From NCBI GenBank assembly GCA_050633245.1, contig JBOEGD010000002.1:87006-151005 (forward strand): a DNA stretch of 64,000 bases, in the 5' to 3' direction. The notes under the pieces are model-generated. The model saw nothing but the letters and a program-made list of their open reading frames with translations. It was not told the DNA's origin and searched no databases. Positions 1-12,105 of this stretch are shown one piece after another. A program made the position numbers and the translations under genes. The stretch's first letter is position 1; each line of letters opens with the position of its first letter. Source of the stretch: Calditrichia bacterium. Lineage in GTDB: Bacteria > Calditrichota > Calditrichia > RBG-13-44-9 > J075.

Positions 1-162
1 CGTGCAGTTTGCAGCATTGTCTTCAGCCGAAACAATATTGGCCTCACCACCACCGTCTATAAAAATAACGTTTCCGTCTAATACCATTTTAATTGTCGTT
101 CCCAGTGGCTCAATAGATGCCGCTTTTTTAGAAACCTGATCTTTCAATTCATCGATAGTCAT
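1..162 (-). CDS. SCP2 sterol/lipid-binding domain protein (5' part; runs off window)
   Basis: Not in the ORF track. Manual translation from ATG at 162 (SD GGGAGA upstream) gives MTIDELKDQVSKKAASIEPLGTTIKMVLDGNVIFIDGGGEANIVSAEDNAANCT, typical of stand-alone SCP2 proteins. Lies downstream of an enoyl-CoA hydratase. Confidence 0.7.
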   Translation of the reverse strand, partial: MTIDELKDQVSKKAASIEPLGTTIKMVLDGNVIFIDGGGEANIVSAEDNAANCT

Positions 163-198
163 ACAACTCTCCCATTCGTTAAGCGTAGTAGTGTAAAA

Positions 199-972
199 TT
201 ATTCTCCGCGAAAGTTCGCCTTGCGTTTCTGAAGAAATGCCATGACGCCTTCCAGAAAATCTTTAGATCGTCCATTGTGTCCCTGATTCACCGCTTCCAT
301 ATCCAAAACATCTTCCAGACTCCCCTCTTCAGCAACCCGTGCATTTTTCTTGGTTGCCGCAAGTGCCATCGAGGGGCCGGTTGCCAGAAAGTCAGTCATT
401 TTTGCTACCGCCTCAGCCAGATTTTCCTTTGGATACGCTGCGTTTACAATTCCAATCTCGGCAGCTTTCTCACCGGAAATCATTTCGGCGGTCATCATCA
501 TTTCCAACGCTCTGTGATAGCCCAGGCGCTGCACCAGAAAGTAACTTCCCCCACCATCAGCAGAAAGTCCAATTTGCGTAAAGATCATGCTCATGCGACA
601 ATCATTTGCAACATACACAAGATCGCATGCCAGCGCGTAGCTAAATCCGACTCCAACGCAAACGCCTTCGACCTGCGCAATAATCGGCTTGGGGCAGTTG
701 CGCATTGCCATAATAAGCGGGTTGTGATAGGTTCGCAGATCATCCTCTAAATCCAGTTTAGACAGGTCACGGGCTCCTTTTAAAGAAGCACCAGCACTGA
801 AGTTTCCATCGACCCCCTTAAGCACGATTACTTTACAATCGTCCTCATAGCAACTCAGCACAGCAGCTTTTAACTCGGTAAGAAGTTGATTGGTTAGAGC
901 GTTTTTTTCGGTGGGGTTATCAATAGATAAAGTAGTGATAAAATTTTCTTTGGAAATCAGGATGCCTGCCAT
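199..972 (-). CDS. Enoyl-CoA hydratase/isomerase family protein (PaaG-like)
   Basis: Crotonase motifs NFSAGAS, KPIIAQVEGVCVGVG, ALACDL, F..IGLSAD, EGVMAFLQKRKANF. Start moved to MAGIL (SD GAGG). Confidence 0.9.
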   Translation of the reverse strand: MAGILISKENFITTLSIDNPTEKNALTNQLLTELKAAVLSCYEDDCKVIVLKGVDGNFSAGASLKGARDLSKLDLEDDLRTYHNPLIMAMRNCPKPIIAQVEGVCVGVGFSYALACDLVYVANDCRMSMIFTQIGLSADGGGSYFLVQRLGYHRALEMMMTAEMISGEKAAEIGIVNAAYPKENLAEAVAKMTDFLATGPSMALAATKKNARVAEEGSLEDVLDMEAVNQGHNGRSKDFLEGVMAFLQKRKANFRGE

Positions 973-1020
973 AAGAACCTCGGTAAAATTGACGTTTTTA
1001 AACATCGTTCAATTTCACTG

Positions 1021-1067
1021 AAAAAGCAAAGCCTTTTGCCATAGATTTACTCTAAAGCAAAAGGCTT
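1021..1067 (-). terminator. Intrinsic terminator after ahcY
   Basis: Inverted repeat AAGCCTTTTGC (1029-1039) / GCAAAAGGCTT (1057-1067), followed by a U-rich tail on the minus strand. Confidence 0.7.
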
Positions 1068-1099
1068 GCGTTCAAACGGCCTTAAAAACTTAACTGCTT

Positions 1100-2413
1100 T
1101 TAATAGCGATAGTGTTCCGGCTTGAATGGGCCTTCCTTCTTCACGCCGATATAATCAGCCTGTTCATCGCTAAGCTCTTCGAGCTCAACACCAATCTTGG
1201 CAAGATGCAATCGTGCAACCTGCTCATCGAGGTGCTTCGGCAGCATATATACCTTGTTCTCATAGCGATCACTATGTTCCCACAGCTCTAGCTGAGCGAG
1301 AACCTGGTTGGTGAAGGAGTTCGACATTACAAATGACGGGTGACCAGTTGCACAACCAAGATTCACCAGACGGCCTTCGGCAAGAACGATAATGTCGTTG
1401 CCATCAACAGTATATTTGTCTACTTGCGGCTTAATCTCAACCTTGGAATCGCCATACGTACCGTTCAACCAGGCCATATCAATTTCATTATCGAAGTGTC
1501 CAATGTTACAAACAATGGTTTTATCTCCCATCAGGCGGAAGTGTTCTTCGCTGATGATATCCTTGTTGCCCGTTGCAGTTACAACAATATTAGCTTCAGC
1601 AAGTGCCTTCTTCATTGTCGTTACTTCGAATCCGTCCATAGCGGCCTGAAGCGCACAAATCGGATCGATCTCAGTTACGATAACTCGGCAACCTGCGCCA
1701 CGCAGTGAAGCGGCAGATCCCTTACCTACGTCGCCATATCCACCAACAACAGCAACCTTACCTGCCATCATTATGTCTGTTGCACGACGAATAGCATCTA
1801 CGCAAGACTCTTTACAGCCATACTTGTTATCGAATTTCGATTTGGTAACCGAATCATTGATGTTGATAGCAGGGATAGTCAACGTTCCGTTTGCCACGCG
1901 CTCATATAGGCGGTGCACACCGGTCGTTGTTTCTTCACTAAGTCCTTTAATCCCGCCAACCAGCTCCGGATGATGATCCAAAACCATGTTGGTGAGGTCG
2001 CCACCGTCATCAAGAATCATGTTCAACGGCTTGCCGTCTTCAAATGCAAATAGCGTCTGAGCGATACACCAGTCGAATTCCTCTTCGTTCATGCCTTTCC
2101 AGGCATAAACCGGAATACCGGCTTCCGCAATAGCGGCAGCAGCATGATCCTGAGTGGAAAAGATATTACAGGAAGACCAGGAAACTTCAGCTCCCAGTTC
2201 AAGAAGGGTTTCAATCAGTACGGCAGTCTGAATGGTCATGTGCAGACAACCGGCAATACGAGCGCCTTTCAGCGGCTTGCTTTCGCGATACTGCTTACGA
2301 AGAGCCATCAGGCCTGGCATCTCGGCTTCGGCCAATTCAATTTCAAGTCTACCCCAATTGGCAAGGGAAATATCCTTGACTTTGTAGGCTAATTTTTCGG
2401 TAATAGCGTCCAT
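1100..2413 (-). CDS. ahcY: S-adenosylhomocysteine hydrolase
   Basis: Motifs [62 protein letters not shown]. Confidence 0.99.
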   Translation of the reverse strand: MDAITEKLAYKVKDISLANWGRLEIELAEAEMPGLMALRKQYRESKPLKGARIAGCLHMTIQTAVLIETLLELGAEVSWSSCNIFSTQDHAAAAIAEAGIPVYAWKGMNEEEFDWCIAQTLFAFEDGKPLNMILDDGGDLTNMVLDHHPELVGGIKGLSEETTTGVHRLYERVANGTLTIPAININDSVTKSKFDNKYGCKESCVDAIRRATDIMMAGKVAVVGGYGDVGKGSAASLRGAGCRVIVTEIDPICALQAAMDGFEVTTMKKALAEANIVVTATGNKDIISEEHFRLMGDKTIVCNIGHFDNEIDMAWLNGTYGDSKVEIKPQVDKYTVDGNDIIVLAEGRLVNLGCATGHPSFVMSNSFTNQVLAQLELWEHSDRYENKVYMLPKHLDEQVARLHLAKIGVELEELSDEQADYIGVKKEGPFKPEHYRY

Positions 2414-2554
2414 CTCTCTATCTCCAGTTTATATTTATATTGATCAAGTTTGACAATTTTTTGTTTCGAATAAATAAGATAAAAAACTTTTAAACAAAGC
2501 TCAAAAGGTAAAAAAAATGTACGGGAGGAATCGTTCAGGAAGCGGTTTGTGAGG

Positions 2555-3301
2555 TTAGTCGCGCATTAGCTGGAATTTTTCGCCAAGGTAAAGTTTGCGT
2601 GCTTCTTCGTCATTTGCCAAAAATTCACTGCTTCCATCTTTCAGAACACGGCCCTCGAACATCAAATAGGCATGATCGGTAATGGAAAGCGTTTCATGAA
2701 CATTATGATCGGTTATCAGAATACCAATGTTTTTTTCGCGCAGCTTACGCACGATCCCTTGAATATCCTGAACGGCTATCGGGTCGACACCAGCAAAGGG
2801 TTCATCAAGCAAAATAAACTTCGGCTCATTAACCAGCGCACGGGCTATCTCGGTACGTCTGCGCTCGCCACCGGAAAGGTTATACCCCTTGTTGTCGGCA
2901 ATATGCGTGATGCGAAGTTCTTCCAACAGCTCATCGCAGCGCTGCATGCGTTTGGCTTTCGGGAATTTCAGCGCCTCCATAATTGCCAACAGGTTTTCAC
3001 GAACCGAGAGCTTGCGAAAGATAGATGCTTCCTGCGGTAGATACGACATGCCCAAACGCGCTCGTTTGTACATAGCCAAGCTGGTAATGTCTTTGTCATC
3101 CAGCTTAATAGCGCCTTTATTGGGGGGAATCAACCCGGAGATCATGTAGAAAGTTGTGGTTTTACCCGCGCCATTTGGTCCGAGAAGACCAACAATTTGC
3201 CCCTGCTGCACGGATATGCTAACCTGATTAACTACGGTGCGTTTACCGTAGATTTTTACCAGGTTATCCGATTGAAGTATGCTTGTTGTCGTTTCATTCA
3301 T
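2555..3301 (-). CDS. lptB: LPS export ABC transporter ATP-binding protein
   Basis: GPNGAGKTT, YLPQEASIFRKL, LSGGERRRTEIAR, LLDEPFAGVDP, ITDHNV; follows lptC-lptA. Confidence 0.97.
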   Translation of the reverse strand: MNETTTSILQSDNLVKIYGKRTVVNQVSISVQQGQIVGLLGPNGAGKTTTFYMISGLIPPNKGAIKLDDKDITSLAMYKRARLGMSYLPQEASIFRKLSVRENLLAIMEALKFPKAKRMQRCDELLEELRITHIADNKGYNLSGGERRRTEIARALVNEPKFILLDEPFAGVDPIAVQDIQGIVRKLREKNIGILITDHNVHETLSITDHAYLMFEGRVLKDGSSEFLANDEEARKLYLGEKFQLMRD

Positions 3302-3366
3302 GGCAAATTGCTCTGTTTAAATAGTTGCTGAAGATACATAATTCAGACGCAGATTGTAAGGAAAGA

Positions 3367-4464
3367 TTAATATTCCGTTTCAACTTTTCCCTTAAAATCT
3401 TCCGGATAATAAATCCCCTGCGAACCACCTTGCACACCAATTCGACTCAGATCGCCTTCTTTAAAGTAGATCCGGATGGTATCAGCGGAAGCGGTATTTA
3501 TGCCCTGTCCGGTTCCATCATCTTCAAGATAGTAAATGCTTCGAGCATTATCGCTCGCTCGCATTTCTTCGACGATGCTTCCCTTTATGAAAGCAAAGAT
3601 TTGCTTACCGCTAAGCATGTTGGTCTTCCCGGTAAGTGAATCGGCCAGGGACGTGGCTATTGCTTTTCCGGTTACTTCAATTCGCTGGATTTTCATCTCT
3701 GTAAAAAAAAGTGAAATTTGATCTCCCTTCAGCAGGTTTTCTTCCTGCTGAGCTTGCGGGTTGACGCTAAGATCGGCCTGTTCCTTATTGCGGTAATAAA
3801 TAGCCGAGTCACAATTTGCGACCAGGCCTTGCCGTTCAATAACAACATTTCCTCTGGCAATTGCCTCAGACCGTGGAGCAAAAAAGTATTCGAGGAATTT
3901 GCCGCGGATATGCAGCGTATCGCTTCCAGTGCTGTCTACCTGCATCAGATGGGCTTTTTCTTCAACGAGACAGCGGTTTTCCAATGGGCGATAATCGCCT
4001 TTTTCCGAGCGAATTGTCGTTCGCGATCCTTCGTCAACCAGGCGGACATTGGTCTGGGCAAAGGCGCGTTCAGAGTCGTAGTAATATTCAAGGTATTCAG
4101 AGTAAAGTGCTCGTCCCGGCTCCCAGACATGCACATCTTTTTTCGCAATCGCAAGTTTACGGCGGGAAAAGTAGGTTACCTCTTTGGCGGTCATCGTCTC
4201 TTTATTGCGGAGAATACGCACGTTACCGGTTAACTCGAGGCGACTTTCATCGGGATAAAATGTCGCAGTATCGCAATATAAATCCACAGTATCCTGGCGA
4301 ACATGTACGTTGCCTTCCAGGATTTTCAATTCCTTGTCGGCGACCTTTAGTCCGCGCGACAGGTCGGCATGAACAAGCTCGAGTCGAGAGTTCTGGGCCA
4401 GAAGAGACGTTGCAAACGACGCCAGAAAAACACATGTAAGAAAGGTAATTTTATGATACATCAT
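3367..4464 (-). CDS. lptA: LptA/OstA-like periplasmic beta-jellyroll LPS transport protein (extended, multi-OstA)
   Basis: Signal peptide; repeated GNV(H/R/V)I and CDSA/CDTA OstA motifs; lies between lptC and lptB. Confidence 0.8.
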   Translation of the reverse strand: MMYHKITFLTCVFLASFATSLLAQNSRLELVHADLSRGLKVADKELKILEGNVHVRQDTVDLYCDTATFYPDESRLELTGNVRILRNKETMTAKEVTYFSRRKLAIAKKDVHVWEPGRALYSEYLEYYYDSERAFAQTNVRLVDEGSRTTIRSEKGDYRPLENRCLVEEKAHLMQVDSTGSDTLHIRGKFLEYFFAPRSEAIARGNVVIERQGLVANCDSAIYYRNKEQADLSVNPQAQQEENLLKGDQISLFFTEMKIQRIEVTGKAIATSLADSLTGKTNMLSGKQIFAFIKGSIVEEMRASDNARSIYYLEDDGTGQGINTASADTIRIYFKEGDLSRIGVQGGSQGIYYPEDFKGKVETEY

Positions 4465-5025
4465 CTATCGATCCAACGGCACGCCGCGTTTAGAATGTCC
4501 GCGGGCATTACGAATTTCGTAGTTTGTTAAGTCGGGAGAAGAAATAAAGTTATCGCCAATCAACGTATCGGTATCAGTGGTAATTGTTACCGGCACATCA
4601 CTAACGATCTTCTCTTTCCGGTTGTCCCATTTCAATTCACGGCTTCGTAACACGACCCCACTATCGGAAACGACGATTACATTTCCGGTAGCAACGAGAT
4701 TCTTGGTATTGTTATCGACAACGCCTTTTTCAGCAGTGAGAACAGAGCTGTGCTTGCCATCAGAATCGTAAAAATCGACCTGCACACTGTCTTCTAGATG
4801 CGTTTCGTTTTTCTTGGCATAATTCGCGATATAGCCAGCGGCTATTTGAGCGACTAACTTACCTTTCGAGGTTAGCGTAATATTTGAATCCCAGCTCTCT
4901 TGAACCGGATATTCTTTAGGGGCTCCCTCGGGTTTAGGCTTGTCTTGTTCTTCCTCAGCACCATAGTCCGTGCAGGCTACAGAGAGAAGCATCAAGAATA
5001 AGAATATATATTGTAGTGTTTTCAT
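4465..5025 (-). CDS. lptC: LPS export periplasmic protein LptC (lipoprotein type)
   Basis: True start probably MKTLQY at 5025 with lipobox SVAC. Motifs VDFYD..G...SVLTAEKG, ATGNV, ELKWD, SDVPVTI; lies between kdsD and lptA. Confidence 0.88.
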   Translation of the reverse strand: MKTLQYIFLFLMLLSVACTDYGAEEEQDKPKPEGAPKEYPVQESWDSNITLTSKGKLVAQIAAGYIANYAKKNETHLEDSVQVDFYDSDGKHSSVLTAEKGVVDNNTKNLVATGNVIVVSDSGVVLRSRELKWDNRKEKIVSDVPVTITTDTDTLIGDNFISSPDLTNYEIRNARGHSKRGVPLDR

Positions 5026-5028
5026 AGT

Positions 5029-5109
5029 ATCGTGAATCGTGAATCGTGAATCGTGAATCGTGAATCGTGAATCGTGAATCGTGAATCGTGAATCGTGAAT
5101 CGTGAATCG
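5029..5109. repeat. Perfect heptamer tandem repeat (ATCGTGA) x11.6
   Basis: Read directly: 11 full copies plus ATCG, ending 3 nt from the lptC start codon. Confidence 0.98.
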
Positions 5110-5176
5110 CAATTTAAGGTTCATCAAAGTGAATCAGGTTGTGTAGCATAATTGGAAATCCTCACCTGACTTGCCG

Positions 5177-5212
5177 CATCAATCATCAATCATCAATCAT
5201 CAATCATCAATC
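5177..5212. repeat. Perfect heptamer tandem repeat (CATCAAT) x5
   Basis: Read directly; abuts the kdsD stop codon. Confidence 0.97.
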
Positions 5213-6228
5213 TAAACTATCCCTGCTCGCATAATATCATGCAAATGGATTACACCGACCAGCTTTTCCTGATCATTTATAACCGGTACCGCCAGAATTC
5301 GATGTTCTTCCATCTTTTTATATACGGTATAGGCTAATGTGTCTTCATACGTCATTTTGGGATCAGAGTTCATTACTTCTGAAACGGGCACGGCAAAAAA
5401 ATGTTCGGTCTGCTGTACCAGTCTGTTCAGGTCACCATTGGTAACAATACCGCTAATTGAATTTTCAGTATCGGCAACCACACAAATACCGCGTTTGGAA
5501 GCCAATTCGAGCACTGCTTCCTTCATAGTTGCATTTGGCAATACCCGGGGAATTTGTTCACCAGTCTCCATCAGGTCTTTTACCCGTATCAATAATCGTT
5601 TGCCGAGCGTGCCGGCGGGATGTAAAAAAGCAAAGTCTTCACGACTAAACTTGCGTTTTTCAAGTAAAGCGATAGCGAGCGCGTCTCCCAACACCAGCAT
5701 GGCAGTCGTGCTGGTCGTCGGCGCCAAATCATGTGGGCACGCTTCCTCACGATTGCCTATTGGTAAGACCAGATCGCTATGTTTTGCAAGGGCAGATTCG
5801 TTATTCGCGGTTATGGAAATAATTGGAACGCCTATCCGTTTAAAAACAGGCATGAGGTTCACAAGCTCATCGGAATTGCCGCTTTTTGACAAGCAGACAA
5901 TCACATCATCGCGATGGATCATTCCAAGATCACCATGAACACCTTCTACAGCATGAAGAAAGTAAGCCGTCGTGCCGGTCGATGCCAGGGTGGCGGCGAT
6001 CTTTCGTCCTATCGCACCAGACTTGCCTAAGCCGGTAACAATGACTCGGCCACTGCGATTATAAATCATCTCTACAGCTTCCACAAAAGACTCATCGAGT
6101 TCATCCAACAGCTGCTGAACACCGGCAAGCTCCAGCTCTACGACCTTTCGGGCAATAGCCAGACTGTTGTTTTTCTCTAATGATACGGACATCTGCTGTT
6201 TCTCCGGTTCCATAGTTTCAGGATACAT
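5212..6228 (-). CDS. kdsD: Arabinose-5-phosphate isomerase (KpsF/GutQ family, SIS + 2 CBS)
   Basis: GLGKSG, HGDLGMI, SKSGNS, APTTSTTA, HPAGTLG, C-terminal CBS pair. Confidence 0.95.
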   Translation of the reverse strand: MYPETMEPEKQQMSVSLEKNNSLAIARKVVELELAGVQQLLDELDESFVEAVEMIYNRSGRVIVTGLGKSGAIGRKIAATLASTGTTAYFLHAVEGVHGDLGMIHRDDVIVCLSKSGNSDELVNLMPVFKRIGVPIISITANNESALAKHSDLVLPIGNREEACPHDLAPTTSTTAMLVLGDALAIALLEKRKFSREDFAFLHPAGTLGKRLLIRVKDLMETGEQIPRVLPNATMKEAVLELASKRGICVVADTENSISGIVTNGDLNRLVQQTEHFFAVPVSEVMNSDPKMTYEDTLAYTVYKKMEEHRILAVPVINDQEKLVGVIHLHDIMRAGIV

Positions 6229-6781
6229 CTGATAGCGTTGCCAGTAAATGTTCTAACGCACTATCGAGTTTATTCTGTGCATTAAGAATAAATTCCATAG
6301 TTTCACGAACCACACCCATTCCACCGGAACGGCGGGTAAGTGCGTGTGCGGCCTGCTTTGTTTGCAACGACGCATTCGGCACGGCAACAGCTAATCCAAC
6401 CTGTCGCAAAACGGGGATATCGGCGATATCATCGCCTATGTAACATACATTTTCACTGGATAGCTGAAGGAGTTCACGAAGCTCATCATAGGCATTGGCT
6501 TTATCATATCGACCAATAAAGACGTGATCAATCTTCAACCAGTCCGCACGACGTTGAATAGCAGAGCTGGTGCTGGCTGAAATAATAGCTGTCTTCAGCC
6601 CGGCCTCTCTGGCGAGCTTTATGGCAAAGCCATCATGCGCATCAAATTGTTTTGACTCATCGCCCTGGTTAAGGTAGACGATTTCCCCTTTGGAGAACAC
6701 ACCATCCACATCAAATACCAAAGCGGCAATATTCTGCGCGCGACGAAATAACTCAGAGCTGTCTTTAAGTTGCGATATCAT
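6218..6781 (-). CDS. kdsC: KDO-8-phosphate phosphatase (HAD family)
   Basis: FDVDGV, F..HDG, YIGDDIAD, GGMGVVRE; kds cluster context. Confidence 0.92.
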   Translation of the reverse strand: MISQLKDSSELFRRAQNIAALVFDVDGVFSKGEIVYLNQGDESKQFDAHDGFAIKLAREAGLKTAIISASTSSAIQRRADWLKIDHVFIGRYDKANAYDELRELLQLSSENVCYIGDDIADIPVLRQVGLAVAVPNASLQTKQAAHALTRRSGGMGVVRETMEFILNAQNKLDSALEHLLATLSDVS

Positions 6782-7611
6782 GCCTTGCCTAGCTCCTGAG
6801 CCGTCTGGTAAATGTGTAGCAGCTGCCTTAAAGCCTCGGGAACGCTTTCCAGCTTAAGCTGAGATCCTGCATCGCTGAGTGCCTTTGAAGGATCGGGGTG
6901 CGCTTCCATAAATACGCCGTTCACTGCACCGGTAGCAAGAGCAGATCGGGCAAGAGTCAAAATAAATTCTGGTCTGCCACCACTGGTAGACGACTTGCCA
7001 CCCGGTATTTGAACACTATGGGTCGCATCATAAACTACTGGACAACCTGAAGCTGCCATTGTAATTAATCCACGCATATCAACAACCAAATCACTATAGC
7101 CAAAAGTGGTGCCGCGTTCAGTTAACATAACAGAATTGTTGCCGGTAGACTTCACCTTCTCCGCAGCGTGATGCATTCCTTCCGGTGAAAGAAATTGGCC
7201 TTTTTTAATGTTTACCACGCAGCCACTCTCCCCTGCTGCGACCAGGAGATCTGTTTGACGACAAAGAAAAGCCGGAATTTGCAAAACATCGACCACATCG
7301 GCAACCGCGGCTATTTCCGGAGCTGTGTGAACATCTGTTAGAACAGGCACATTAAATGTCTCGCGAACCTTGCGTAAAATGCCCAGCGCCTCATCGAACG
7401 GCAATCCGGTAAAGCCGTGCACTGATGTGCGATTTGCTTTTTTATATGAGGACTTAAAAACCAGCTGAACCGGTAAATTTTCCGTTGCGCGAAGCAGCGC
7501 TTCCGCGGTTTCCATTACCAAAGCCTCGTTCTCTATAACGCAGGGGCCGGCAATAAAGAGAAGTTTCTCCCCCGGACCTACGCGATAGTCTGAGAATGTT
7601 ACGACAGCCAT
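6778..7611 (-). CDS. kdsA: KDO-8-phosphate synthase
   Basis: IAGPCVIE, KANRTS, QIPAFLCRQTDL, NIKKGQFL, ERG..FGY, DATHSVQ. Confidence 0.98.
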   Translation of the reverse strand: MAVVTFSDYRVGPGEKLLFIAGPCVIENEALVMETAEALLRATENLPVQLVFKSSYKKANRTSVHGFTGLPFDEALGILRKVRETFNVPVLTDVHTAPEIAAVADVVDVLQIPAFLCRQTDLLVAAGESGCVVNIKKGQFLSPEGMHHAAEKVKSTGNNSVMLTERGTTFGYSDLVVDMRGLITMAASGCPVVYDATHSVQIPGGKSSTSGGRPEFILTLARSALATGAVNGVFMEAHPDPSKALSDAGSQLKLESVPEALRQLLHIYQTAQELGKA

Positions 7612-9991
<2,380 letters not shown>

Positions 9992-9995
<4 letters not shown>

Positions 9996-10279
9996 TTAAT
10001 TACCTTTGGCACCTTAAAGAAGCCCTTCTCCTTTGCCGGTGCATTTTTTAGAGCTGTTTCTTGACTAAACGAGCTCTCAACAACATCTTCACGAAGAACA
10101 TTTGTGATCTCAGAAGGATGGCTAAGCGGCTCCACATTGTCTGTATTCACAGTCTTAAGCTGCTCGATATAGCCAATTATAGAAGACAGTTCTTCAGACA
10201 GCTGCTGCTTCTCCTTATCGTCAAAAGAAAGTCGCGCCAGACTGGCAATGTGTTCAACTTGTTTTAAAGAAACACTCAT
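9992..10279 (-). CDS. gatC: Asp/Glu-tRNA amidotransferase subunit C
   Basis: VEHIASLARL, LREDV, ALKNAP...GFFKVPKVI. Start moved to MSVSL (SD AGGAG). Confidence 0.95.
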
Positions 10280-10392
10280 TTTATCTCCTGAACAAAAATA
10301 ACTGCAAAAAGTAAGCATTTGAAGTAGCAAAAACAACAGCTAATACCGAAAGAAGTGTGGGAGTTTTTAGGCTGAAAGTAAAAAAGGAAGGA

Positions 10393-10423
10393 TAAAAACA
10401 CGGCGCGCCAGATTTGCGCGCCG
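10393..10423 (-). terminator. Intrinsic terminator after the M23 peptidase gene
   Basis: GC-rich hairpin CGGCGCGC-N7-GCGCGCCG (10401-10423), followed by TGTTTTTA on the minus strand. Confidence 0.65.
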
Positions 10424-10442
10424 AAACATCATTTGGCGCGCG

Positions 10443-11360
10443 CTACTTTGTCATATCATTCAAAAAGAAGTTCACCGGATTCAAGTGCTTGCCGTTATAA
10501 AGCAGCTCGTAATGCAGGTGCGAAGAAGTAGACAGTCCGGTGCTTCCAACCTCACCAATCTTGTCTCCACGACGTACAAACTGTCCGTTTCGCACATAAA
10601 TCTTATTGAGGTGACCATAACAGGTTTCGAAGCCATATTTGTGATTGATCTTCACATAGTTTCCGTAACCGCCATTACGTCCAGCTGAGACAATAAAACC
10701 ATCGGCAGGCGCAATAATAGGTGTACCGCGCGTCGCGGCCATATCCACACCACGGTGAAAGTGCATACGCTTGCGGATTGGATGGCGTCGATTACCGAAG
10801 CCACTGGAAATGTACGCTTCAACAACCGGCTTTAGGCAAGGTAGGTAGCGCAGAGAGTCTTGCTGACGCTCAACGGTAGTGAGTAGCTTCTGATAGCTTG
10901 CTTTTTCGAGGCGAATTTCACGCTCAATTTTTTCCAGCACGTTCAGATTCTCAATCAGATCATTACCAAAAGAAAGCTCTCCCAGCTCCATGTCGGAGGT
11001 TGTAGAGAGATTGGTTCCTCCAATTCCTACCTGACGAACATCAGATGCGATAGGAGGCAAATCCAGCATGGAACGAATAAGATCATCTTTATCTTCAATT
11101 ACGTCAATACTGCTGCGGATATCGGCGATCGAACCGCTAATGCGCTCGAGTTCCGACTTCAACGTCATGTTTTCTTTCTTTAATTGGGTTATTTGAGAAT
11201 TTTGGGTAAAGTTTACGCCAAAAGCGACCGAATATCTAAAGAAGATAATCATTAGAACGGCCAGAACCCCTAAAATCGCAGCAATAAAACGAAAAGAAAC
11301 GTTAAACTCTTTTACATCAGAGGTCTTCTGATTGATGTATATTAACTTTTTCTTCTCCAT
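10443..11360 (-). CDS. M23 family peptidoglycan DD-endopeptidase with N-terminal TM and coiled coil
   Basis: ISSGFG.R.HP, HRGVD (HxxxD), GYGNYV.I.H, YGHL, STSSHLHYE (HxH). Start moved to MEKKK. Confidence 0.93.
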   Translation of the reverse strand: MEKKKLIYINQKTSDVKEFNVSFRFIAAILGVLAVLMIIFFRYSVAFGVNFTQNSQITQLKKENMTLKSELERISGSIADIRSSIDVIEDKDDLIRSMLDLPPIASDVRQVGIGGTNLSTTSDMELGELSFGNDLIENLNVLEKIEREIRLEKASYQKLLTTVERQQDSLRYLPCLKPVVEAYISSGFGNRRHPIRKRMHFHRGVDMAATRGTPIIAPADGFIVSAGRNGGYGNYVKINHKYGFETCYGHLNKIYVRNGQFVRRGDKIGEVGSTGLSTSSHLHYELLYNGKHLNPVNFFLNDMTK

Positions 11361-11610
11361 TAGAACGAATCCCCAGACCTTATCTTTTTTGTGCTGTGTT
11401 CCTGTGTTCCAGGTCACATTGTGAATAAAGTAACCTTCAAAAAATTCTTTGTCAATAGCTAATCATAGAATAGCTAAATATTTTACTCTCATAATGCTTT
11501 ATATCTAAATAAATTAAGCGCAGTTACGTCGTGCCGCCTGTCTTAGAATTTAAATAAATTAATTTAATTTTGAGAAAAAAAGAACATGTAAGTGCATGGT
11601 AGACTTCTGC

Positions 11611-12009
11611 TTACTGAAACAGTGCCTTAATGCTCCCCCATGTTTTTGAGAAACTACTGATATTCGGAATGACGGAAATCGGATCGGTTAGCTGGACAGT
11701 GCCATCGGTGTTTTCAATGCGTAGGCGATAATAATAAACTGAATAAACGTTACTAAGATTTTCATCTACATACTCATATTGACTATCGCTTCCGGTTGCC
11801 GAAACATTACCGAGGCGAGTAAAGTCCTGTTCATTCAAACCACGCTCAACAACATATTGCCCAACGTTGTCTTCAGTGCCAGTTGTCCATCGCAACGTAA
11901 TTTTATTGCGATCGGGTTCAGCACTGAACTCAACAATTACGGCATCCGCAAGAACGGAAAGCGTAAAAAGAAGTAAACAAAGAGGTATTAGTCGTTTAGT
12001 CAATTTCAT
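11611..12009 (-). CDS. Small secreted FN3/Ig-like protein ending in TWGSIKALFQ
   Basis: Signal peptide; ITLRWTT..E...Y.VER...F..LG.V...Y.YVD...YYYRLR...DG module; C-terminal TWGxIK motif. Confidence 0.8.
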   Translation of the reverse strand: MKLTKRLIPLCLLLFTLSVLADAVIVEFSAEPDRNKITLRWTTGTEDNVGQYVVERGLNEQDFTRLGNVSATGSDSQYEYVDENLSNVYSVYYYRLRIENTDGTVQLTDPISVIPNISSFSKTWGSIKALFQ

Positions 12010-12105
12010 TATCTTTATTCGTTAAAGCATTATTTCTACAGTAATTATCACCATCGGCAGCGCTCGTCTGTACTGTAGAGTGGCTTAAACTTACTATTTT
12101 CTATT

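Noticed and set aside
2414-2554. SAH or SAM riboswitch upstream of ahcY
   Set aside because: The leader is AT-rich and lacks the conserved SAH (GAGGAGCG...AGGCUC) or SAM-I core sequences.
5026-5127. N-terminal (HDSRFTI)n extension of LptC in the ORF track
   Set aside because: It is the translation of the heptamer DNA array. A normal lipoprotein signal peptide starts at MKTLQY (5025).
5029-5212. CRISPR array
   Set aside because: The units are 7-bp head-to-tail repeats without unique spacers, and there are no cas genes in the window.
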